A DNA stretch of 63,985 nt, counting the filler, from Pelomyxa schiedti (lineage: Eukaryota > Protista > Evosea), in NCBI GenBank assembly GCA_020536535.1. It is 9 parts of 9 records of this genome, joined end to end, with 100 filler letters (N's around TTAATTAATTAA, not from the genome) between each part and the next. Parts side by side here need not be neighbours in the genome. Positions count along the whole stretch, not along the records: positions 1 to 19,809 come from JAHLWZ010001100.1; 8 more parts are not named here. One strand, given 5' to 3'. Under the pieces are notes generated by a model, which was given only the letters and a program-made list of their open reading frames with translations, searched no databases and was not told where the DNA came from. Below, piece by piece: positions 1 through 10,711 of this stretch; the stretch's first letter is position 1, and every line of letters starts with the position of its first letter. The position numbers and the translations under genes are program-made.

Positions 1-520
1 GACAGAGCCTTGTTCAGGGAATCAACTTGCCAGAAGAACATCCTCGATTCCTGCCAAGTGTCAGCCTTAAGGCGTGTTGCTAGTTCCTTTGTCAAATCCA
101 GCAGCTGTTGTAAACCACCAGGGTTGTTGAATGGTTCGCTTGTATGAATTTCTTTCTTTTTCCACCCCCCTCATTAGTTCGAGGTATAATATAAAGCGAA
201 GGTACCTTGGAAACAGCAAGCACCTTTTCTGCAAATTCAACAAGAAGTTTTGCAGTGGTTACCTCCTGTGAGTTCACAGGAAACACTTGGGGCCTCACCG
301 ACCCCTATTAATAATATGTTGGAAATTTAAAAAACCCCAAAGCACAGGAAAAAAAAAAAACAACGGCACTGACCTCGAAATTTGACCGGGAAACTGGCAG
401 CAGTTGCCTGCATTCGTTGCACGCTTGTATGAGCACCCCAATCCGATCCAAGACCACTTCGATACCATCACCATCATCGGTCCTCCCACTCAGTTCAGGG
501 TCGCCCGTTGCCAACGACAT
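1..520 (-). CDS. Hypothetical protein, intron-containing, 3' partial
   Basis: MSLATGDPEL...NFE, then a GT-AG intron, PQVFPVNSQEVTTAKLLVEFAEKVLAVSK, an intron, and EPFNNPGGLQQLLDLTKELATRLK... open to the window edge. Confidence 0.55.
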
Positions 521-758
521 TTTGGTTTTGACTGAGAAAAAGTTGGTTTTCGTACGAAATTCCCTTAAGAGAAAATAATAAAGCTGGTTTTAGCTGCGGA
601 GGAGCGTTGATAGGACTTCAGTTACGATTGGCTGAAGAAAGTATCTGACGTTTATTTTATTATTATTTATCCCAAAAAGCTCCACACCTTTGTTTCACAA
701 CCACCTGCAACCCAACATCACTCAGAATGGGCCGTCCACCACCTGTGCAGATAAATTT

Positions 759-1490
759 TCAACCTAGCACAGGTTGCCCAAAAAGCTTCTGTGCACATTG
801 GGAACACAAGTCATAACTGTGGATATGATGTCATACGAACGAATAAGAAAGAGAGTGGTAATATACCTACAACGTGCACAATGGTAGGGCTCCCCGTGCT
901 CCTGTTCACACAAGTCACATAGATATGTGCCTCCATACGAACTCTTGTTGTTACCATCAGTTTCTTATAAGAAAAAGGAAACAAACCTCCAAAGACGCAA
1001 GTGGAATCCTTGTCAAAATGTGGCCTTCTGGGTCCCTCAGGTTAGTACGTGGGTGTTCTCTTCTCCAGGTATCCATAGAACTCTGTATTAGGGCCACAGT
1101 TGTGTCCGTTTCTATTCCAAGATGACTGGTATTATGAAAAAATTACAAGCCTTACCAAGGGTAGTGACTGCTGGCAATGTAGTTGCCGTGGCCGATCCCG
1201 TTATGGTTGTAATGATGAGCCTCTGAATGGGCTTTTCTATTAGTTCCTGGTGTGTCACACCTGCCCTTGTGAACAAATCCCTCCACACTTCCGAGAGTTC
1301 TTCTGCCTAAAATAGAACAATAAGTCCGGCTACAAAATTTAGAAAGAGGAGGTGACTGCCAGTTCGCTTTTTGTTTTCAGCGACGCACATCGAACTGTGG
1401 GCTCGGCGGGCGAATAATGGGAGTGGTAGCTGTGCCTGTTGGTCTGTGAGGTGGCGCCCTCCTCCCCATCATCACCCTCTTGCCCGACAT
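759..1490 (-). CDS. Small protein with WASP GBD-like helix and C-terminal ZZ-like zinc finger (about 5 exons)
   Basis: Spliced by eye: MSGKRV...QFD|AEELSEVWRDLFTRAGVTHQELIEKPIQRLII (resembles the WASP GBD C-terminal helices) ... YLCDLCEQEHGEPYHCARC|SYDLCSQCAQKLFGQPVLG*. Confidence 0.55.
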
Positions 1491-1606
1491 CTCCAACGTT
1501 CGGTATTTTTTTTTTTTTTTTCCCGAATGAGAAAAATGTGAGGAAAATGGTATGTGATTGATCGTCATTGACAGTGCTACACCTGTCAAAGCCTTTGCTT
1601 TTTGAA

Positions 1607-3335
1607 TCAGAATATGGGCACCGCCAGAGGTGAGGTGGCCCAATTTCGGTCTCTGAATAGGTTTTAGAAATAGGAAAAAGTGGAGGGATGAATGGTTGCC
1701 TGTATCTTTTGATGGATGAGGCAATATCATATGGGAGGTAACAGCGAATTCCAAAGGAGAAAATATATTCAAAGACCTTTTTTTGCATGAGTTTGCAAGA
1801 GGGTGGAGTTAGAGGAATTTGTAACGCACAAAAACCGGTAAAATTGAAGCAAAGCTATCTCTCCCACAGCGAGGGTGAGTAGCCATCATAAGGGAAAGTA
1901 TTTCAGTTTCGGTTATCTAAGGATTCTTGTAATTATACAGGAGTTGGTGCTTACGCATAGACTGTTGCAGATAAATGGATGTTGTAGAATATATGTGCAG
2001 TCAGGTCTCTGTTCACGGATTAGGAGTTGTGTGACCAAGTCTTTGGCTAATTTGGATTTATGCAATGCTCAAGGTGATGGGTACCGATACCATCAGGAAT
2101 GTTTTCCCACATTGGCTCAAATGTGTATTTCAGTCCTATTATATTCCTGATGACTTGAAAGTTTTCCGTGCGGTAGAAGGGAGGAAGACCCGATATACTA
2201 CAAAGCTTTGTTATGTTTCAAAAAGCTGAGTGCACAAACAAGGTATAAAGCAGGCACCCAATTGACCAGCTACAGAGTTGCACAGGATTGAGTTTGTGAC
2301 ACATTAGTACCTCTGGTGACAAAAAATCTTATTAATCATGTTTACCACAAATGAAAGTAGAGTAGAATATAAAAAACCAGGGCATCCGCAATAAGTTGTT
2401 TGTGGATCTTGGAGTGAGTGCACCTTCAGAGGTGAGGGTGAATCTAAGGAATTGGAAAATGTACAGTGAGGTCTGCGAATTTTATATGCAATTGGGTATC
2501 CTCAAAAATCAAGATACGAGAGGGTACAGGACACACATTGTATTCAACAGCAAGGCACTACTGTGAATTAATTATAAACAGTCATAGAACTTTTAATTGA
2601 TGAGTAGCAACTGCTTTGCATATTTGAGAAATCAAAGTTGCTATATCAGACAGGGCTCGTGGTGTGCCTGCTCTAAAGTTAGTTGCTTTGGATAAATTAT
2701 GGGGTGCAACTATTCCATGTTAAGATATCCACTGGACCAGTTAGATTTGGGGGTCTATAAAGCAAAGAAATGAGAATTTGAATAAGTACTCTTCAGTGGC
2801 TTACTGTTCACTTACAAGAGCTAAATAACATTTATCTTCATAAATCTCGTACACAGGAAGTACGTATCCATTACTTTTTTTCTGTTCCCAGGGTTGGAGA
2901 TTCAAAAGTGTATCAATAGGTGTACCCTGTCGAGTGCCTCCAAGTCCCGGGATAGGTTGCGTTGCTCGAGAGAATTTTTCGATAGGAATCTTATGAGTAC
3001 GTTCTTGTTGGTTGCTTTGTGCACCGCACGGTAGAACTCTCCTTCACACGCACTGTGTTCACATTTCACATTCAGTATGTAAGTGGACACCAATCAACAA
3101 ACGACGCATCACCAACACACCAATCATTAATAGTTGTTAGGCCGCTGAATATATCCCCTATGTGGTTGTGTAACTGAATAACCTCAACACATATGTGAAT
3201 ATCAAATCGAAACTGCACCGAATGGTGGGGGGACTACCGGTATTCCACCTATCTGTGTCCTGGTGCCCGTGCCCGTATGAGTCACACACAAACTTGTGGG
3301 TACGTATTCCGTTTCCGACGTAGGAATGCAGGCAT
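1607..3335 (-). CDS. CAMK-like pseudokinase with C-terminal HPRCG module, multi-exon
   Basis: Exons encode EFYRAVHKATNKNVLIRFLSK, VYEIYEDKCYLALVSE, LISQICKAV, IKFADL, FLSPEVL, WSIGCLLYTFISGLPPFY and AKDLVTQLL...ILQHPFI, followed by LSLMMATHPRCGRDSFASILPVFVFEYIFSF. Both ends are uncertain. Confidence 0.7.
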
Positions 3336-3470
3336 TCCCCTGCATGTGGCCAAGGTGCTCTTTAATTTTAACTTAAAAACAAGGTTCTCTTTGTTTGTAC
3401 AATAACGCATCACCAGGTTTTCGTGTTTATGTGAATTGATTGCCGGTGATGATTTGGGTGTGCCGGGTTC

Positions 3471-6400
3471 TCAGTACCTGGATTCGACGCCAAAGTGGCT
3501 CACGTCCTCTCGCATGCCAGATGATACTTGCCTGCGCTTGACGGCGGCTGTGTTGAGCTTACTGGCAAGTAGCAGTCCCTATTATGGGTTATTGTTAGTC
3601 AGTGAGTGAGCGGGCTGTGTTTGGTTGGGGGATCACCTTGGGTGCTGACTTATATTTGTTGAGCATCTTTGCTGTTGTGTCGGAACTGGCACTCTTGGGG
3701 TTCTCGATGGCAAGACCCAGTTGGATATCAAAAGGTTCACATTCGCGGGCGGTGGACTGGCAGGCCGGTTAGATAAGGAAATGGTAGTGCGGGAATAGCC
3801 GTACGTAGTGCTCTTCAATTTGTATTTCTGTCTTGGAGACTCTCTTCAGCAACTGGAGGGTGGAAAATATTACTGCCCGGGCTACTTTGTACTCCTTGTT
3901 AGAAGCTATCCGCGCGCTTTGGTGCAGAGCGTGAAGTCCCACAATGGCTACATTGATACTCTCCTCAGATGCACTGCGGGTTTTGGTTGTCCTCCAGTTT
4001 TGCGTTATCACTCTGAGATTCTTCTGCCCATCCAGTGTTGTATACATTATCTGAGCCTAGAGGTGGTTACACTCCGGGGGAAAAAAAAAGGGACAATATA
4101 AGTGCGCACTTGGACAGGAATTGAAGACGGGAAGCTATCTCTCAGTGCGGGGTTTCCTCGTATCTTGGCCTCTAGCTGATAAGTAAGGTCCATTTCCGCA
4201 TTGGCATTCCCAATTATTTGCTGACGAAGTCCGGAGATCGGCGGCTTGGATGCTGGCCTGGATGTTGCTGTTGCACAAGAGGTGGAAGTGCTTGTGCGAG
4301 GAGATGAAGAAATGGTTAAGATGGTAGATTTCTTTTGGTCAAAGACGCTTTGGAGGTAATTGGCCTGCAGGAAATCGTTAGCTTCAAATGCCTTTTTCTT
4401 GGAAGCGTTAATTTGCTTCAACTCTTCACACAAAGCCAGATCTGAAAAGGGAATGAGAGAGGACCTACAAGTAGAGAAGAGATACCGCTTTTGATTCTTT
4501 GGGCCATTTCGTAATCCTCTGCCTCCAGAGCTGCCTTCTTTTTCAGAGCCAACTGAGAAATCATTTCCATCACTTCAGCTTGAGTTTCATCTTCTACTCT
4601 TTCAGTGGCTGGGGAAGAGTATGCCACTAACGGAGCACTATTATACTCTGTATCTACTACTTCTAGGCCTGAAGGAAGCGCAAAAGAAAACTTTACGTCA
4701 GTGCTAATAACTGGATTTTGGTAAATCAGCCGTATCTGAATTTGTGAGTGTCCATCGTATATGTGACGTTACAAACCTGACGTAGTAACTCGAGTGGATT
4801 GATTATATTGATCGTGCCATGTGTTACTTCGGCGCAACTTCCAAGAATCTCCAGTGCAATGTCACAACTAGCAGAATCTGCACCCTGCCCGTGGCCGCTA
4901 TCCTAAGTGCGTTGTTACTCACAGTAATATTATTTCTTTTGACAGGGCGCACCTTTCCTTCCAAGCCAATGATATTAATAGTTGTATTGCACTGCACTGC
5001 TTTTGTTCCCAACTTTTTGTAGAGAGTTATGGCTTGGGCCCTCAAGAGATTCAATAATGGTGTTATGGAGTAGGGAATATACTTTTCAGCTTCATTTTCC
5101 ATTTCCAAAATCCCCACTCCTACATTGCTCAGCCCGTCAGTCATAACTATAATTTCACTTTGTGATTTCATCTGAGAACATATCCCTAGGGCCGCAACTA
5201 GGGCGGGACCAAGCGCGGTACTCCCATCCTCCTCCAGTGAAATCACTTCCAGAAGTAAAATTTAAAACGGAGCTATGTGACTGACCTCTTTTGGATAGAA
5301 ATTCGCGAGACCGGGAGATAGGAAGAAGTTCAAAGGGATTCAGGTGTAGCCCAATTTCCCAAATCTCCTCAAAGTTATCCAACTTATCCCCTGAGATGAT
5401 CACCTCCGCTGAAGTTCCATCACCATAAATAGTAACTTCACTGTTGAAGGTGATCAATGCGACTTTTTTGTTTGGGTGCCCCTTCTGGAGTCGTTGGAAG
5501 TGGGAATCAACTGCAGCTTTTACGCATTGAAGCCGCGTGACATAGTTTCCGGTCTCACCTTCGATTATCTTTTTAGGACCCATACGAAGTTTTTGCCACT
5601 CAGCCTAATTAAGTTGTAAAGGTCTTGACAATTTGAGCATCAAACCTGTAAATCTGGGACCTCTGTCGTCACACACATAGATCCAGAGATGTCAACCACG
5701 AACACAACTAATGAGTCTGCAACTACAGGAGGAGGTGGTGCAAGGATGAAGTCTACAGAAGGAGACTTGGGAATCTGCTCAGAGACTAAAGATACAGCAT
5801 TATCTGCATTACAGAATTGGCATTTCCAGCCTGATACGTCTGGAGTACGTTAGAAAAAAAGGGAAGCAAAGAGAATACACACATGAGCCACTTCTTTGCA
5901 ACAGACTTGCAGAAGTTAAAATAGCACCACAGGCACAAAATGTTGGTTCCCCAGTTATTAACTCAGCCGGTGTGGATAGATCACCTGGCACTATCAGGGC
6001 ATGGAAATTGAGGAAAAAAATTACCAAGGCTAATGAGTACTATATTTGTTGGGGCAACTTCAATTTGGCGAGTTTTTGTTGGATGGGATGGGGTAGCAGC
6101 TGAAGGTGGGAGGGAGGGGGAAATTGAGCTAAACAACTAATTCCCCATGAGAAATTGGAATGTGAAGACACAAAACGAAAAACAACATACCTTACTGAAA
6201 AAACTTGTATTAGTGGGTCTTGCAACAGGTGCAGATGTGGGTGGAGCAGTTCTAATTTTGATCTCACGTGCAGCAGTAATGAAAAGGTTATCTATATTAG
6301 CACCAGTTTTGGCCGAGGTCTCAAGGAAGGGTATATGCCAAGTGTGAGCTACAGCCTCACCTTCAACTGCTGATACTACCCGGTCCAAGAGATCACATCT

Positions 6401-7162
6401 GTTTGGGGGTCATGAATTTCGTTTGAATTCACTCATCTACTTATTTCCAACAAGTACTGCCAAAAAAGAGGCCGAGGTAGTAGCGTCCGTTACCTCTTTC
6501 ATTCTTCGTATATGTTCAAGTATGCACTTTGCAGATTCAAAAGATTCCCTATCGGTTACGGAATAGGCAACGACAAAGGCTATTCGACTGAGTGCAAGTA
6601 TCAAAAGAAAGGAAATTACCTTGTCCCATCCGGAAATAGGCATCTCTCATGGCACTAAATTCCTCTTGGCCAGCTACAAGTGTTTACACACAAGATAGAA
6701 GGGCTAAGAAGACCTGTGTCGAGAATGTCCAGCACCCATGTTTCTCCATCGACAGAAATAGCTTTCCTATAGGCATTCTCGATAGTCGGATCTGTTCACG
6801 GTATAAGGCGAATAAACACAGAACTGAACCAGAGTACCATATTCAGCTGTAAAAGGCCAAAGAAACACGGATAAGTACAAGAATGAAAGAGAAAAAAGAA
6901 GAAGAAGAAGAAGAAACTGCAAGCCCGTACTTGTGAAGATTTTTTGCACAAACTGGAGAGTAATTGCGCTTTTCCCCACACCACCGTCACCCACAACGAC
7001 CATTTTTATAGATCTCACAACCGCCGGTGACGAGGTACCACTCGGAACAGTGGTAACAACCCCGTCCCTACCGGCGGTAGTGCTAGAAGGCGCGTCATCG
7101 GCTACAGTCTCCACGTCCGGCTGTCCTTTCCACACATAAAAGAACTCACTCCCGAACTCCAT
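3471..7162 (-). CDS. cpRas-like protein: canonical Ras GTPase + Sec23/24-type Zn finger + vWA + UVR-like helices
   Basis: G1 GDGGVGKS, G2 YDPTIE, G3 DTAGQEE, G4 NKCD, G5 ETSAK; CACGAIL...WKCQFC; vWA VFVVDISGSM and TALGPAL...MTDGLSNVGVG; KKAALEAEDYEMAQRIK. About 20 exons; the 3' end is approximate. Confidence 0.85.
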
Positions 7163-7398
7163 CTCGTGGTGCCGTACCTTTTAACCGTTTGCACGATCCT
7201 TTGATGGCTTTTCATTATAAAATGACTGTGTGCCGTTTTCTTCGGAAGGCCACATTTCTGAAGAAGCGAAAGCCAGGGAAACAGTTACACGGGCAACAAC
7301 ACCAGGGGCACGTACTTATGGGCGCCGGTGCAGAAAGAAGAGCACCACGGATTGCATCGGAGTCAGTGAATCCCGATTCATTGAAAAATCCGAAATTC

Positions 7399-9429
7399 AT
7401 GTGCGACAACACCACCGGCGCCGCGGCGTCGCCTTCAAACACCGAATCGGCCCAAAATTCCGCCGGCGGGGGGTGTGATGACGATGAGAACAACAGCAGC
7501 CACAGCGAAGGCGAGGGCGGCGAAGGCGCCGACGGTGACGTCATCGTCCCCGGCGTAGCCGCAGCAACTGCGCCCGGCGACAGCGGCAACATCACCCCCG
7601 CGCCCCAACTTGGCGCCGCCCCGCCCTCGCCCGACGCAACCCAACGGCAACAACAACAACAGCCGGGGAACCAAGTTGCGCCGTCGACGGCAGCAACTTT
7701 AGCTATAAATTCCACCGGTGGCGGTGACGTCACCGACCAAGCAACTGCGCAGCTACACCAGCAGCAGCAACAACAGCAAAATTGCAGCATAACACAGGAA
7801 GCGCAATCTACACAATCACAGCCACCAAACACACAGATAGAGCCACAGGTGCCTCTGAATACACTGCTGTCTTCGTTATCTGCTTTGTCTGCTTGTTTTG
7901 GCTCCACAGCGATGGCACGTGGTGGGGGAATTGGTGGCGGGGGACTCACAGTGGGACCTGGTGTTGTGATTGGGGACCAATCCNNNNNNNNNNNNNNNNN
8001 NNNNNNNNNNNNNNNNNNNNNNNNNNNNNNNNNNNNNNNNNNNNNNNNNNNNNNNNNNNNNNNNNNNNNNNNNNNNNNNNNNNACTGCTGTCTTCGTTAT
8101 CTGCTTTGTCTGCTTGTTTTGGCTCCACAGCGATGGCACGTGGTGGGGGAATTGGTGGCGGGGGACTCACAGTGGGACCTGGTGTTGTGATTGGGGACCA
8201 ATCCGCTGCCACTAGTGGTATTGGTATTGTAAGCGGGAATGGGACTGGGATGGGGGCTGCGAATGTGAGTGAGAGTGGGGCAGCGGAACAAGAACAGGAA
8301 CAGGTGCAGCAGGTGATGGTGCAGGACAAGCCTGTTCAAGTGTGCTCAAAGATACCTATTGTCACTGACTTGCAAGTTCCTGTTACTTCGGATATGAGAG
8401 TTGGGGATTTTATCTCTCTATTGCAAGACAAAGTCCGCTCTTCAATACCGCTGCCTTCTGGGGTGAGTTTTCTTCTTCCTCTTTCTTTATGCACTGACAT
8501 TTTGACATTCAAGAGTGGTGATGATCTCGTGGAGATAGTTCCAAAAATAAGCCTTTTTGTACCGGACCTACGCAATGCGTGCTCATTGGATACCAAGATA
8601 TCGGAACTGATGAAAGGGAACGATGTAATTCTCGAGATGATACCCGAATCAGAGTGGGTGCGGACCCAGTCAGCCCAGGACCTCAAACCGCTTGAGATTG
8701 AAATAGCCCCCGATCCAGTCGCCTCCGGTGCTGAAGCTTCCTACAGCGTCAACAACCCCGAAAGTGCACTACACGAATCGCCGCAGCAACAACCTGAAGC
8801 ACCACCCCCGCGCCGAGGCAGAGGCCGAGGAAGAAAGAAGACCACAGGGGATTCAGATAACCCAGATACACCAAAGCCCAGGCGAGGAAGGGGATCAGGT
8901 TCGGCCTCAGCCGCAGCGGCAGCATCATCATCAGAGTGGACACAGCAACAGTGGAGCCAGCAGCAAATGCAACAACACTGGCAGACTCAGACTCAATCAC
9001 AGTCACAGTCACAGTCACAGCAGGGTCAGTGGGGTTCTCAGGAGGATTATTCTCCGCGGAAGAGGCAGCCGTCTGAAAACAGCCCGATTACTGACCTTAA
9101 TGGTGATCCTGAGGAACCTGACAGAAAGCAGCTCAGGACAGTGTCAAATATGAGCTGCCACAGGTTCAGCACCCTTTTCTTTCTTTCTAGAAATAACTTA
9201 TTTCGAAAAAGGTGTAAAACGAGGAGACCAAAGTGCATGGTTTGCCCAAAGAACGAGAAACACAAGGTTTGTTTGTTTATTATCGAGGAGGTTGCTGTTA
9301 ACCTAATCTCACACAAAGTTTTGCTATGCTTGTATGGAGAGGCACCATAGTACAACAAGGATACCGGATGTTGGTTGTCCCGTTTGCACGAGAACATGTA
9401 CTTGTGCCCAGTGCCGCAAGAAAGTGTAA
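7399..9429 (+). CDS. Low-complexity nuclear protein with AT-hook-like motifs and C-terminal zf-4CXXC_R1 (CDCA7-like) finger
   Basis: Spliced C-terminus SCHRCKTRRPKCMVCPKNEKHKFCYACMERHHSTTRIPDVGCPVCTRTCTCAQCRKKV*; PRRGRGRGRKK motif; spans the gap at 7984-8083. Confidence 0.75.
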
Positions 9430-9514
9430 ACTGTGTAGGAATTTCTAAAAAGCTGTTTTTTTAAAAACAGGAGTCGCAGGGTTTTTTTTGTTGTTGTTAC
9501 CTTCAAAGCAGTGT

Positions 9515-10618
9515 CTATAGACCAAGTCCTCCTGATCCCATGTGTCTTCTCTGAACTCCTTGAAGAAACTGTTGTTCCAGGTCGGCAAATACTTGTTGGT
9601 ACCTGTTTCAGCGTTTAGTTTGAATCCAATGAAAAGATGAGATACTGTTTTTCCTTATCAGCCGGGTCTTCAGTCGGGTTCATAGGGTCATATTCCTGTG
9701 GTACTGTATTCGTCGGTGTAGTAGCGGCCGTGGTGGAAGATGATTTAACACCCATGAGGCGAAGGAATTTTGCCTTTTGGCTTGGATCCTCGAACTTGGC
9801 TTCCTCCCAGTTGTTCCGTGATGATGATAGTTGAGGTCGTTGGTTTTGGTTCGATTTCGATGATGATGAGGAGTCGGGGGAGGGTTCGTTTGTGGTGAAT
9901 TGAGAGGATGATTTGGCCCACAGCATTTTGCGTTTTTGGATGGTCTCCGCGATGTTTGTTTGGTTGTGTGATGACGGCATTATACCGCTAAAGTCATCGT
10001 CGTTGCCATCTCCTAATAATGTGTTGAATTTCTTTGTTGTTGTTCGACTTAGTGGTCAGTCAGTCAAGTGAATAACACACAAGGAGTACAGTAATGTATC
10101 CACAACCCCAAAACAATAGAGACCAATCCACACACAGCCACGCTATTATCATCACATCATCGCGACATCACAACACATCACGTCACGTCACATGGCATAC
10201 TGCGAGGTGGGCGCTTCCACGGCCCCCCGCCCCCGCCTCCTCCTTCGTCGTCGCCCCCTTGGTCCCGCGCCCCGTGCGGCCCCCCGCCCACGCCTCGTCC
10301 CCCTCTGTGTCCCCCTCGCTGCTGCTGCGTCCTCCGATCGTTGTCGTGTCTGCGGTCCTCACCCCTTTCCCTCTCCCTGTCCCTGTCTCTGTGTCGGTCT
10401 CTGTCTCTGTCCCTCTCCCTCTCGTTGCGGGAGTTTTTAGTGTCCCTGTCCGGGCTCCTACTCCGGCTCCTGCTCCTGCTCTTGCTCTTAGTCCTTGGTT
10501 TACTCTTGGTGGTTTTCGGTGGGGGGGTGTCGTCGTCGTCTTCTTGGGGTGCGCGCCCTCGTGGTGCCGCGGGTGGCGTCGTGGTGCTTGTCGTTGTTTG
10601 TCGGCCGACGCGGCTCAT
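9515..10618 (-). CDS. RSRC2: Arginine/serine-rich coiled-coil protein 2-like (RS region + SMAP domain)
   Basis: RS/RD repeats, KRKMLWAK, NWEEAKFEDPSQKAKFLRLMGVK, QQVFADLEQQF...GGLGL*. Confidence 0.75.
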
Positions 10619-10711
10619 CCGCGATCGATTCGATTTGATCTCTTCAACGAAAAATGATGAAAGAAAATTCGTTTTACCTCCTCAGGAGCAGAGGAAGGGG
10701 ATGGGGGGGGT

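Noticed and set aside
7863-8204. Apparent 120-bp direct repeat in the zf-4CXXC gene
   Set aside because: The identical copies flank a 100-N gap, indicating an unmerged scaffold overlap.
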